A DNA stretch of 64,000 nucleotides from Flavobacterium sp. (GCA_016787805.1 JAEUTY010000046.1:30016-94015), one strand, 5' to 3'; counted from the stretch's first letter, positions 10,622-19,484 are shown. Numbers and translations: made by a program. Notes: generated by a model not told the origin, from the sequence alone.

Positions 10622-10670
10622 TACCACATTTTACCACAAAACCCCACTTTGTTAATAAGTTTTACCACTT
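10622..10670 (-). promoter_or_regulatory. Candidate MraZ operator: phased GTGG direct repeats
   Basis: The minus strand reads AAGTGGTAAAACTTATTAACAAAGTGGGGTTTTGTGGTAAAATGTGGTAAATT. Three GTGG(G/T) boxes lie at exact 10-nt spacing and a fourth lies 21 nt upstream, all just 5' of the -7 box. Confidence 0.5.
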
Positions 10671-10936
10671 TCAGATTTTTTTAAAGCAAAAGAAAGTTTT
10701 TATTTTTTTATATTTTAAACAACTAAACCAACAAAAACAGACTTTTTAAAGAACATTTATTAATAAAAAGTTAATTTTCAAGATTATTTTTCAAAGAAAT
10801 TCATGATTTTAACATCTTTAAAAACTTCATTTTTTGTTGATAAAACACAACCTTTCAAAATGTTAACTTTTGAAATGCTTTTGAAGTTTTTTAAATTGAA
10901 TGTAAAACTGTATATTAGCCATCTTAGATAAAAGCC

Positions 10937-10944
10937 TATATTTG
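10937..10944 (+). promoter_or_regulatory. -7 promoter box (TATATTTG) for the hydrolase/engB unit
   Basis: TAnnTTTG match 35 nt upstream of the ATG at 10979. Confidence 0.4.
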
Positions 10945-10978
10945 CAACTTCAAATCGGAAACGAGACGATAATAAAAC

Positions 10979-11743
10979 ATGGAAAACCAGTTAAAAACAG
11001 AAGGAAAATACACGTATTACGAAATTGGTGAAGGAACGCCAATTGTGGTATTGCATGGTTTAATGGGTGGATTGAGTAACTTTAATTCAGTTGCCGATTA
11101 TTTTTCGCAAAATGGTTATAAAGTAATCATTCCAGAATTGCCTTTGTATTCTCAAAATATTTTGAAAACCAACGTTAAAGCTTTTGCAAAATTTGTGAAA
11201 GACTTTATTACTTTCAAAGGTTTTGACCGTGTGATTTTGTTAGGAAATTCTTTGGGCGGACACATTGGTTTGTACCATTCCAAAATGTATCCTGAAAAAG
11301 TGGCTGGTTTAGTTTTGACAGGAAGTTCAGGTTTGTACGAAAGTGCGATGGGCGATAGTTACCCGAAACGGGGCGATTACGAGTACATTAAAACCAAAAC
11401 GGAAGGCGTTTTTTACGATCCAAAAACAGCTACCAAAGAAATGATTGACGAAGTTTTTGCTATTGTAAACGACCGTTTGAAAGTAATTAAAACACTTACC
11501 ATTGCTAAAAGTGCCATTCGTCATAATATGGCCAAAGATTTACCCAAAATGCATGTGCAAACTTGTTTAATTTGGGGGAAAAACGACAAAGTTACACCTC
11601 CAGATGTTGCCGAAGAATTCCATAAACTAATGCCCAATTCGAGTTTGTATTGGATTGACAAATGCGGTCATGCGCCAATGATGGAGCATCCAGAGGAGTT
11701 CAACAAATTGTTGCATGAATGGTTGAAAAAAGTAAATTTATAA
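10979..11743 (+). CDS. Alpha/beta-fold hydrolase
   Basis: 254 aa with the nucleophile elbow GNSLGG, the HG oxyanion motif (VLHGLMGG) and a C-terminal His (CGHAPMMEHP). Confidence 0.8.
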   Translation: MENQLKTEGKYTYYEIGEGTPIVVLHGLMGGLSNFNSVADYFSQNGYKVIIPELPLYSQNILKTNVKAFAKFVKDFITFKGFDRVILLGNSLGGHIGLYHSKMYPEKVAGLVLTGSSGLYESAMGDSYPKRGDYEYIKTKTEGVFYDPKTATKEMIDEVFAIVNDRLKVIKTLTIAKSAIRHNMAKDLPKMHVQTCLIWGKNDKVTPPDVAEEFHKLMPNSSLYWIDKCGHAPMMEHPEEFNKLLHEWLKKVNL

Positions 11744-11789
11744 CACTATAGAAAAGTCCGATTTGGACTTTTTTACTTTCTATAAAGTA

Positions 11790-12410
11790 ATGAAAATAAA
11801 TACTGCTGAGTTTGTAATAAGCAATTCTGACGTTAGTAAATGTCCGTTGGAACGTATTCCTGAATATGCTTTTATTGGACGTTCAAACGTTGGAAAATCG
11901 TCTTTGATTAATATGTTGACCGGACGCAACAGCTTGGCTAAAACCTCTTCTCGTCCTGGAAAAACGCAATTGATTAATCATTTTAAAATCAACAACAATT
12001 GGTTTTTGGTCGATTTACCAGGTTATGGTTATGCCAAAGTATCTAAGAAAACCAAAGACATTTTTCAGAAGTTCATTATGGATTATTTTGAAAAAAGAGA
12101 ACAATTGGTTTGTGCTTTTGTGTTGATTGACATTCGTTTGGAAGCACAGAAAATCGATTTGGAATTCATTACCTATCTTGGCGAAACCGAAGTTCCGTTT
12201 TGCATCATTTTTACCAAAGCCGATAAAATTGGAAAAACCAAAATCGATTCGCACATTGCTGCTTATAAAAAGCAAATTTTGGCCAATAACTGGGAAGAAA
12301 TGCCACCGTATTTTGTGACTTCATCAGTTGATTCTACTGGAAAAGAGCAACTATTGAGCTACATTGCGGCAATCAACGAAGACATTTTTAAAAACAACCA
12401 AGGATTTTAA
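11790..12410 (+). CDS. engB: Ribosome biogenesis GTP-binding protein YihA/YsxC
   Basis: G1 motif GRSNVGKSSLIN and G3 motif DLPGYG. I took the start at MKINTAEF (11790) rather than the track's 11763. Confidence 0.85.
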   Translation: MKINTAEFVISNSDVSKCPLERIPEYAFIGRSNVGKSSLINMLTGRNSLAKTSSRPGKTQLINHFKINNNWFLVDLPGYGYAKVSKKTKDIFQKFIMDYFEKREQLVCAFVLIDIRLEAQKIDLEFITYLGETEVPFCIIFTKADKIGKTKIDSHIAAYKKQILANNWEEMPPYFVTSSVDSTGKEQLLSYIAAINEDIFKNNQGF

Positions 12411-12742
12411 CCTTTCAACTCTAACTTTTCAGCAAAATAGTCACAGAAATCGCGCATAGTGTCGGCCATTTTTTCGTCATTAGTTGCACGCTGGTACGTA
12501 TCGGCCATTGCTACTAAAGTTTGGTGGAAAAACTGCTTCATTTCATCAACAGGCATGTCTTTGGTCCACAAGTCTATTCGCAAAGTTTCTTTAGAATTGT
12601 TATCCCAAATGGATAGCATAATGGCTTTGGTTTCTTCTTGGTTTACTCCGCCATCTTCGGCTGTCCAAGTTAAAGATTCTGGCACTCGGTTTTCGTCGAG
12701 TTGAACGTTGAATTTTATTTCGGAGTTGAGGGATTTACTCAT
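12407..12742 (-). CDS. gldC: Gliding motility protein GldC
   Basis: 111 aa soluble protein. From memory, the sequence (DENRVPESLTWTAEDGG...LRIDLWTKDMPVDEMKQFFHQTL) matches flavobacterial GldC. It lies immediately downstream of gldB and overlaps it by 8 nt, as in F. johnsoniae. Confidence 0.75.
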   Translation of the reverse strand: MSKSLNSEIKFNVQLDENRVPESLTWTAEDGGVNQEETKAIMLSIWDNNSKETLRIDLWTKDMPVDEMKQFFHQTLVAMADTYQRATNDEKMADTMRDFCDYFAEKLELKG

Positions 12743-13706
12743 TGCGTTTGGGTTTGTATTTGGATTGTTCGAAGATTTGTTTGGCGTCCATTTTGAGCAG
12801 GTCTTGCAAGCTTACTTTTTCGTTATTTTCCATGAAAGAGCGTACCATTTGCCAACCAACCCAACGGCCAATTCGACCAGGTGATTCGTTATCGATTTCG
12901 AGGTAAAACTTGGAAAAAGGCGCTAAATTAATAAACTGGTTAGGTAACTTAGAATTGGTTGAATACAACAACTCTTTGGAGACAAAATATTCCCAAATAA
13001 AGCCTTCGTTTTCTTGACTCCATTTTATTTGTTCTGGAGTGTAGCCAATTTTTTCAGCATCAGTGTAACTATCCGCTAACAATGCATCTTTGAGATACAA
13101 TTCTTTGCCATAATAAATCATTTGCGACAATAAAGTGGCGTCATTCGGTTGCGGAATAATTCCTAGAGCAAAGCTCGAAGTGACTTCGGGAAGAATTTGG
13201 CGTTCTTCAAAGTTTTGGCGAATGTATTCGGGAAATTCAGAGTAAAAACGATGATCTTTGCCGATGAAAAGTTCGAGTGCAATAATCAATTTATCGTTCG
13301 AGTAAATGGCTTTGTTGTTGTAATCCATTTCGCCAATTGCGGTATAAATTTCGGGTGTTTTTACCGTTGGAAAATAGTATTTGATGTGTTTGAACAACTC
13401 TTCTATTTCGGTTTGTTTGGCATTGAAATTTCTGTATTTTTTTTCCACTTCGGTGTACAATTCGCGCCATTGTGGATGCTGCATTTTTTCAATCCAAACT
13501 TCGTCTGGTGTTCCTTCTGGAAAAAAATCGGGATATTCGGCCTTGACTAATGACAATTCCGTTGGTTTAGCGTCAAAAAAGGCTTGTTCGAAACGATGCA
13601 GTTTCATTTCCATTGGGATTTCTTCGACGGCTTTTTCGACTTTACTTTTTTGATCACAAGAAGTAATGATGAAAACTGAAAGAAGTACTAAAATGATTTT
13701 TTTCAT
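12735..13706 (-). CDS. gldB: Gliding motility lipoprotein GldB
   Basis: 323 aa with a lipoprotein signal (LLSVFIITSC). Its size and the gldB-gldC arrangement match the described F. johnsoniae operon. Confidence 0.75.
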   Translation of the reverse strand: MKKIILVLLSVFIITSCDQKSKVEKAVEEIPMEMKLHRFEQAFFDAKPTELSLVKAEYPDFFPEGTPDEVWIEKMQHPQWRELYTEVEKKYRNFNAKQTEIEELFKHIKYYFPTVKTPEIYTAIGEMDYNNKAIYSNDKLIIALELFIGKDHRFYSEFPEYIRQNFEERQILPEVTSSFALGIIPQPNDATLLSQMIYYGKELYLKDALLADSYTDAEKIGYTPEQIKWSQENEGFIWEYFVSKELLYSTNSKLPNQFINLAPFSKFYLEIDNESPGRIGRWVGWQMVRSFMENNEKVSLQDLLKMDAKQIFEQSKYKPKRNE

Positions 13707-13915
13707 TTGAAATGCAGGTGTTTTTAGCCCAGATAGTAGCGAAAATCCTTTTGTGATTGGGAATTTGTTTTTTCTTGCTGAAAAAGAGCGACTGGAAGAA
13801 GCTCCTTTTTTGGCTTAGAAAAACCATTTCCAATGGCAAAAGATTGCAGCGAATAGCTGGAATTAGCTTTTCCCTTCGACAAGCTCAGGATGCAATAGTT
13901 TTAATTATAAATTTT

Positions 13916-13923
13916 TACATTTG
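13916..13923 (+). promoter_or_regulatory. -7 promoter box (TACATTTG) for nadE
   Basis: TAnnTTTG match about 30-40 nt upstream of the nadE start codons. Confidence 0.4.
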
Positions 13924-13952
13924 CAAATATACATTACGAAACTCCAAATTGA

Positions 13953-14768
13953 TTGTTAAAAATGGCGAAAAAAAGTACGATTCAGGTAGAAAAAGTGAAC
14001 GAGCATATTGTAAAATGGTTGAAAGATTATGCAAATAACGCGAAAGTAAATGGTTTTGTTGTGGGGATTTCGGGCGGCGTGGATTCGGCTGTAACCTCAA
14101 CTTTATGTGCCCAAACTGGAATGACTACGCTTTGTGTTGAAATGCCGATTCATCAGCACCCGAGTCAGGTGAATCGTGGTAGAGAACATATTGATCAGTT
14201 GCAAAAACGGTTTCCGAATGTACAACGAGTTGAAGCCAATTTGACATCGGTTTTTGAAGAATTTGTGCAGCAAGTTCCGAATACCGAGAACGAACACAAA
14301 CTGTACTTATCATTAGCCAATACACGAGCGCGTTTGCGTATGACAACGTTGTATTATTTTGCTGGTATTCACGGATTATTGGTAGCAGGAACGGGAAACA
14401 AAGTAGAAGATTTTGGTGTTGGATTTTTTACCAAATATGGTGATGGCGGCGTTGATTTGAGTCCGATTGCCGATTTGATGAAAAGTGATGTGTATGCTTT
14501 AGGAAAATACCTTAACATTCCCGAATCGATTCAGGTTGCCGCACCAACCGATGGTTTGTTTGGCGATTCGAGAACCGACGAAGATCAATTGGGCGCGAGT
14601 TATGACGAATTGGAATGGGCGATGTTGGAAGATGAAAAAGGAAGTGTTGTTGCAGCATTCTCAGGTCGCGATAAAGAAGTTTTTGAAATCTACAAAAAAT
14701 TGAACAAAATCAACCAACATAAAATGGAATCGATACCTGTTTGCTTGATTCCGATGAATTTTAGATAA
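13953..14768 (+). CDS. nadE: Ammonia-dependent NAD+ synthetase
   Basis: PP-loop motif GISGGVDSAV, about 270 aa. The start may be the MAKK Met at 13962. Confidence 0.9.
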   Translation: MLKMAKKSTIQVEKVNEHIVKWLKDYANNAKVNGFVVGISGGVDSAVTSTLCAQTGMTTLCVEMPIHQHPSQVNRGREHIDQLQKRFPNVQRVEANLTSVFEEFVQQVPNTENEHKLYLSLANTRARLRMTTLYYFAGIHGLLVAGTGNKVEDFGVGFFTKYGDGGVDLSPIADLMKSDVYALGKYLNIPESIQVAAPTDGLFGDSRTDEDQLGASYDELEWAMLEDEKGSVVAAFSGRDKEVFEIYKKLNKINQHKMESIPVCLIPMNFR

Positions 14769-14848
14769 TTTTTTAACATTTTTTCTGATTGTTTTGTTTT
14801 TTTTCTTAATTTTACCGACCACTGATTTTTGTATAAAACAATTGAATT

Positions 14849-15478
14849 ATGATAAACGTTTGTTTGGCCGATAACTTCCCCGTAGTTCATTTTGGCGTCA
14901 AATCCTACTTTAAAGAGCATCCTGAGATTAGCGTGGTATCAAATGTTGGAAGTTTTTTCATGGTACCAGACGCTTTGCGAAACAAAGAAATCAATGTTTT
15001 GGTCATAGACTTAGAACTTGATGGATTGAAGAGTATTTACGAATTAAAAGCTATTATTAAAAACTTTCCAAAAACCAAAGTTTTAGTTTTTACGAATTTG
15101 AACGAACAAATTTATGCGCCCAATGCCATTAAGGCTGGTGTGGCAGGATTTGTACACAAATCGGCAAAGCTGGAAACCTTGGGAACTACCATTATCCGTG
15201 TACATCAAGGATTGGTGATGTTGAGTGAAAGTTTGAAAAAGAATTTGGCTTTGATTGCAAAACAAAACAAATCCGAGCGTTTGTACCGTAAATTGTCGAA
15301 CAGAGAAATTGAAGTGTTGCGCTTTTTGTGTGACGGAAAGAAAAACAATGAAATTTCGAAAACTTTAGGTTTGAATGAAAAGACCATAAGTACTTACAAA
15401 TTGCGCTTGTTGCAAAAACTAAATGTAACCAATTTGGTGGATTTAGTTAACAAAGCAAAAACGCTGGATATCGTTTAA
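14849..15478 (+). CDS. LuxR/NarL-family response regulator with no adjacent kinase
   Basis: 209 aa. The receiver domain has an acceptor Asp (VLVIDLELDG), Thr (VFTN) and Lys (VHKS). The C-terminal LuxR HTH reads LSNREIEVLRFLCDGKKNNEISKTL. Confidence 0.85.
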   Translation: MINVCLADNFPVVHFGVKSYFKEHPEISVVSNVGSFFMVPDALRNKEINVLVIDLELDGLKSIYELKAIIKNFPKTKVLVFTNLNEQIYAPNAIKAGVAGFVHKSAKLETLGTTIIRVHQGLVMLSESLKKNLALIAKQNKSERLYRKLSNREIEVLRFLCDGKKNNEISKTLGLNEKTISTYKLRLLQKLNVTNLVDLVNKAKTLDIV

Positions 15479-15516
15479 AATATCCTTTCAACAAACAACA
15501 AATTAAGAAAATTTAG

Positions 15517-15548
15517 AAAATCCTGATTCGGTTGAATCGGGATTTTTT
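15517..15548. terminator. Bidirectional hairpin terminator between the response regulator and dnaG
   Basis: AAAATCCTGATTC-GGTT-GAATCGGGATTTT forms a 13-bp stem followed by a T-run on the plus strand. It overlaps the dnaG stop codon. Confidence 0.7.
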
Positions 15549-17523
15549 AACTATGCCGTGAAATGACTCGTCCTAATTTTTTGGAAAACATATTAGTTAA
15601 ACCCAAATAATCTACTACCATTGACAAAGTTTCAGAATTGTCAGTTTCAGGTTCAGAAGTGATAGTGCCTTTTAATTCTTCCACAATTTTATTGACCAAA
15701 AACCAACGTAAGGTAAGAATGGTTTCAGAAACGTATTGACTTATTGTTTGGTCTTTTCCCTTTACGTAAATGTGTTTGGTTTCCCAGTTGTGCAATATTT
15801 CGCGTTCGTCATTCATTAAAATAGAAGTTACTTCATTGGCAATTTCCTCGGGTAACTGTTGCAGATAACGATCCATTTCGAACGTTTCATTTTGGTTGAA
15901 AAAATTAATCAAATCGTTGTAAATCGACTTGAAAAGCGGATTGGCCAATTCGACTTCATCTTCTTGCAAACTCAAATAAATGCGTTGGTAAACCTTATAT
16001 GTATTAAGTTCTTTAACCTCAACCATATCGCCATTTTCGTCGGCTTTCAAAAGTACGTCCTCAAACTCTTCTTCCTTATTTCCATACAACAAAAGTATTT
16101 CAATGATTTTATGCTCGAGTTCGTATTGAATATCCACATTAGCAGAAACCGAAACGTCTTCATTTTTATGAACTTCAAATGCTTTTTGGTCTTCTTTTTG
16201 TTTTTTACCTAACTCTTGGATGTCTTTTTTGGCAATTTGCGCTAATGTATTGAACAGCACATCTTCCGAAATATCCATGATGCGCGAGGTTTCTTGAATG
16301 TAGATTTCGCGTTTGATGCGATCGGGAATTTTAGAAATACTCGTCACCATATCGCGGATGAGTTCGGCTTTTTTGATCGGATCGTTCTTGGCTTCTTTCA
16401 TCAAAAGAGAAGCTTTGAATTGAATAAAATCCATTGCCGTTTCTTCCAAGTATTTTACCAAATCATCGTGTGGCGTTTTTTTGGCAAAACTGTCTGGATC
16501 TTCTCCATCAGGGAAAGAACAAACTTTCACATTCATTCCTTCTTCGAGAATCAAATCAATTCCGCGAATGGAAGCTCGAAGTCCAGCTGCATCACCATCA
16601 AACAACACGGTAATATTTCGCGTCAGACGATTAATCAGACGAATTTGGTCAGGCGTTAAAGCGGTTCCCGAAGAAGCTACTACATTTTCGATTCCCGATT
16701 GATGCAATTGAATTACATCAGTATAACCTTCTACCAAATAACAATTGTTTTGTTTAGCTATGGCTTGTTTGGCGTGAAAAATCCCATAAAGCACTTTACT
16801 TTTGTGGTACAAATCACTTTCGGGCGAATTGAGGTATTTGGCTGCTTTTTTGTCTTGCGTTAAGATTCGACCACCAAAACCCAAAACTCTTCCGCTCATG
16901 CTTTGAATGGGGAACATCACGCGACCTTTGAAACGATCGAATTGTTTGTCTTCGCCTACTATAGTCAAACCTGTTTTTTCAAGGTATTCGAGTTTGTAGC
17001 CTTTTCCGAGTGCTTCTTTGGTCAAGGCATCCCATTGATTGGGCGAATAACCCAAGTTGAATTTTTTGATGGTTTCGTTGGTAAATCCGCGTTCCTTGAA
17101 ATACGTAAAACCGATGGCTTTACCTTCTTCTTGATTCATTAGCACATCGTGAAAATACTTGGCTGCAAATTCCGACACCAAATACATACTTTCCTTCTCG
17201 TTGGCCTCGGCTTTGACTTCCTCTGACTGTTCGGTTTCTTCAACTTCGATGTTGTATTTTTGCGCTAAATAACGAATCGCTTCAGGATACGTAAATTGCG
17301 AATGTTCCATCAGGAAAGTCACCGCGCTTCCTCCTTTTCCTGTACTAAAATCTTTCCAAATTTGTTTGACTGGCGACACCATAAACGAAGGTGTTCGTTC
17401 GTCGGAAAACGGACTCAACCCTTTGAAATTGCTCCCTGCGCGTTTGAGCTGAACGAAGTCGCCGATGACTTCTTCCACACGAGCCGTTTCAAATACTTTA
17501 TCTATGGTTTCTTTGGTTATCAA
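15547..17523 (-). CDS. dnaG: DNA primase
   Basis: 658 aa with an N-terminal zf-CHC2-like region, a TOPRIM core (EGYTDV, DGDAAG) and a C-terminal helical domain. It uses a TTG start (17521-17523). The zinc ligands appear substituted (see findings). Confidence 0.9.
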   Translation of the reverse strand: MITKETIDKVFETARVEEVIGDFVQLKRAGSNFKGLSPFSDERTPSFMVSPVKQIWKDFSTGKGGSAVTFLMEHSQFTYPEAIRYLAQKYNIEVEETEQSEEVKAEANEKESMYLVSEFAAKYFHDVLMNQEEGKAIGFTYFKERGFTNETIKKFNLGYSPNQWDALTKEALGKGYKLEYLEKTGLTIVGEDKQFDRFKGRVMFPIQSMSGRVLGFGGRILTQDKKAAKYLNSPESDLYHKSKVLYGIFHAKQAIAKQNNCYLVEGYTDVIQLHQSGIENVVASSGTALTPDQIRLINRLTRNITVLFDGDAAGLRASIRGIDLILEEGMNVKVCSFPDGEDPDSFAKKTPHDDLVKYLEETAMDFIQFKASLLMKEAKNDPIKKAELIRDMVTSISKIPDRIKREIYIQETSRIMDISEDVLFNTLAQIAKKDIQELGKKQKEDQKAFEVHKNEDVSVSANVDIQYELEHKIIEILLLYGNKEEEFEDVLLKADENGDMVEVKELNTYKVYQRIYLSLQEDEVELANPLFKSIYNDLINFFNQNETFEMDRYLQQLPEEIANEVTSILMNDEREILHNWETKHIYVKGKDQTISQYVSETILTLRWFLVNKIVEELKGTITSEPETDNSETLSMVVDYLGLTNMFSKKLGRVISRHS

Positions 17524-17603
17524 GTTTAGATTTTTAGAAACTTAAAAAATGAATGTCGGTAAAATTACACATTCAGAATTTAAAATTTAAAAATAAAAAT
17601 AAA

Positions 17604-17632
17604 AAAAGGCGTTTCCAAATAGAAACGCCTTT
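17604..17632 (-). terminator. Rho-independent terminator after the ECF-linked beta-barrel gene
   Basis: GGCGTTTC-loop-GAAACGCC (17608-17629), followed by a T-run on the minus strand. Confidence 0.7.
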
Positions 17633-17661
17633 TCGAAGTATAAAACTAACTTAAACAAAAA

Positions 17662-18705
17662 TTAATTCCAATCAAAGCGAACGCCTAGCGAGATGTTGTT
17701 TTGATCTACCGTGTTGTTTTTGAAAATTGGATTGATATCGTATTTCAAATACAAACTTGTTTGTCGGTAACCCACATAAGCGCTAACACCGTAAGTCCAA
17801 TCGTTTACATTCCAACTTCCTTTTTGTCTTTCGTTGATACGATAACCATCAACTTCGTAAGATAAAAATTGTTTTGAATTGGTGTTGTAGCCTACAAATC
17901 CACCAAATCCCATACGGAAGCCATTATGACTGTTAAAGATTTTATTGCCGTCTTTGTCGGTTTTGTTTTTTGAAAAATCGAATTCCAAATGCAGTGGAAT
18001 AGTTACGTAAACATTTTTAAAATACGTATCTTTTCTTCTTAAATGTGTTGGGTAAGTAGCCAAAACGGTTTCGTCTCCATTATCTACAAAATAACGATTA
18101 TCAGAAGCATGCAAATGGTTGTACATCCATGAGAAACCATATTTGAAGTGAAGTAAATTACTTTGCTTTGTTAAACGGTAATTCCATGTAATTCCCCATT
18201 CAAAAAAAGAAGATCTTCCGTAGGTAAAATCAGAGTTGGCTACAGCTCCATCCGTTACTACATTATTCCAACCTGTTGCAAAAACGCCTTGTGTTGTGGT
18301 ACGTGATTCGCTCTTGGCTTTTAAAGTGTCGTTTTTTGAATCCCATCTAAAACGAAACATATTTTTCGAGCTATCGCTTGATTCTCTTAGTTTACCATCG
18401 ACTTTTTCTTGCACTAATGCATTGAGTTCTTCTTTGGCAGCATTGACTTTGTTCTCAATACTTACAGCTCTTGTTTCGGCTAATTCTTTTTTCTTTTTAT
18501 CTGCTTGTTCTTTGGTTAACGAACCATTTTCAAGTTGTTTGTTAACTTGTTCCACTTCTACCTTTAAGGCTTCTTTTTCTTCTTTAGTAATTTTATCAAT
18601 TCTATCCGCGATAGCTTTGGCTTTGTCAGCAAAGGTTTCTTGTGCGAATGCTTTTCCTGCAAATAAGGATAATACAAAGGCTAAATAGAGTGCTAAATTT
18701 CTCAT
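17662..18705 (-). CDS. Exported protein with an N-terminal coiled coil and a C-terminal outer-membrane beta-barrel-like domain
   Basis: 347 aa with a signal peptide (LFAGKAFAQ), a ~100-aa Lys/Glu heptad-rich segment, then alternating aromatic/Gly beta-strand patterns ending in RFDWN. Confidence 0.5.
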   Translation of the reverse strand: MRNLALYLAFVLSLFAGKAFAQETFADKAKAIADRIDKITKEEKEALKVEVEQVNKQLENGSLTKEQADKKKKELAETRAVSIENKVNAAKEELNALVQEKVDGKLRESSDSSKNMFRFRWDSKNDTLKAKSESRTTTQGVFATGWNNVVTDGAVANSDFTYGRSSFFEWGITWNYRLTKQSNLLHFKYGFSWMYNHLHASDNRYFVDNGDETVLATYPTHLRRKDTYFKNVYVTIPLHLEFDFSKNKTDKDGNKIFNSHNGFRMGFGGFVGYNTNSKQFLSYEVDGYRINERQKGSWNVNDWTYGVSAYVGYRQTSLYLKYDINPIFKNNTVDQNNISLGVRFDWN

Positions 18706-18737
18706 GTTTTTTGATTTTAATTTTGAGTTCTAAATTT

Positions 18738-19484
18738 TTATTTCACGTTATTTCTATTGGCTACGGCAACTTTGACTTCCTTGTAATTTTTAGCGACTTT
18801 TTTAAAGACTTTTTCTCTAAAAGTCAAGTCCAATTCGCCATCTACTTGCGAGAGTAAACTGTTTGCGCTGACAGTTACTTTAGAAAAAGTTGTTGCTTTA
18901 CTTTCGTTTTGAGCAATGACTTCTTTGTTTTCGATAGGAATTGTTTTTTCGATTACAGGCAAATTGGAATTCAAGTTGTTTTGACCTTGTTTTTCGGCAA
19001 TTACTTCTTCTTTTTGGCTTTGATTTACAGATTGATTGTTTTGGATTGTTGTTGATTGATGAGCAATAGATTGATTTGATTTGATGATTGAAACTTTATT
19101 TTTGGCTGTCGGTTGTTGGTTGTCGGTTGTCGGTTGAGATGTGCTTTTCTCAACTTGAACTAAGGGTTGCATTTTTTTGTTTGGAACAGTATTTTCTTTG
19201 ATTTGCGGTTGCGAGGTTAACACCGAATCTTTGGTTACTTCTTGATCTACAACAGCATTATCAGGAGAGATTTCGGTATTTTTTTGAGTAAAGAAAAATG
19301 TACCAGCAGTGAGCAAAACCAAAATACTTGCAGCAATATACAACCAGCCAAAAGAACGCTTTGTTTTTTTTTCTTCGGCTACTGAAAGCATTGCATCGAG
19401 TCGATCCCAAGCCATTTCGCTAGGTTTGATTTCGCGCGATTGCAACTTTTCTTTGATTTGTTTTTCTATATTATTCAGTTCCAT
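18738..19484 (-). CDS. Putative anti-sigma factor (single-pass membrane protein)
   Basis: 248 aa. It overlaps the ECF sigma gene by 14 nt, has one TM helix (WLYIAASILVLLTAGTFFF) and a Q/N/T-rich low-complexity periplasmic part. Confidence 0.5.
   Translation of the reverse strand: MELNNIEKQIKEKLQSREIKPSEMAWDRLDAMLSVAEEKKTKRSFGWLYIAASILVLLTAGTFFFTQKNTEISPDNAVVDQEVTKDSVLTSQPQIKENTVPNKKMQPLVQVEKSTSQPTTDNQQPTAKNKVSIIKSNQSIAHQSTTIQNNQSVNQSQKEEVIAEKQGQNNLNSNLPVIEKTIPIENKEVIAQNESKATTFSKVTVSANSLLSQVDGELDLTFREKVFKKVAKNYKEVKVAVANRNNVK

Noticed and set aside
10581-10637. Longer mraZ start at the ATG at 10637 given by the ORF track
   Set aside because: The extra 19 residues (MVKCGKLFYIFAHYHKFKL) are not MraZ-like and would be encoded across the -7 box and the GTGG repeats. 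An in-frame TTG gives the conserved N-terminus.
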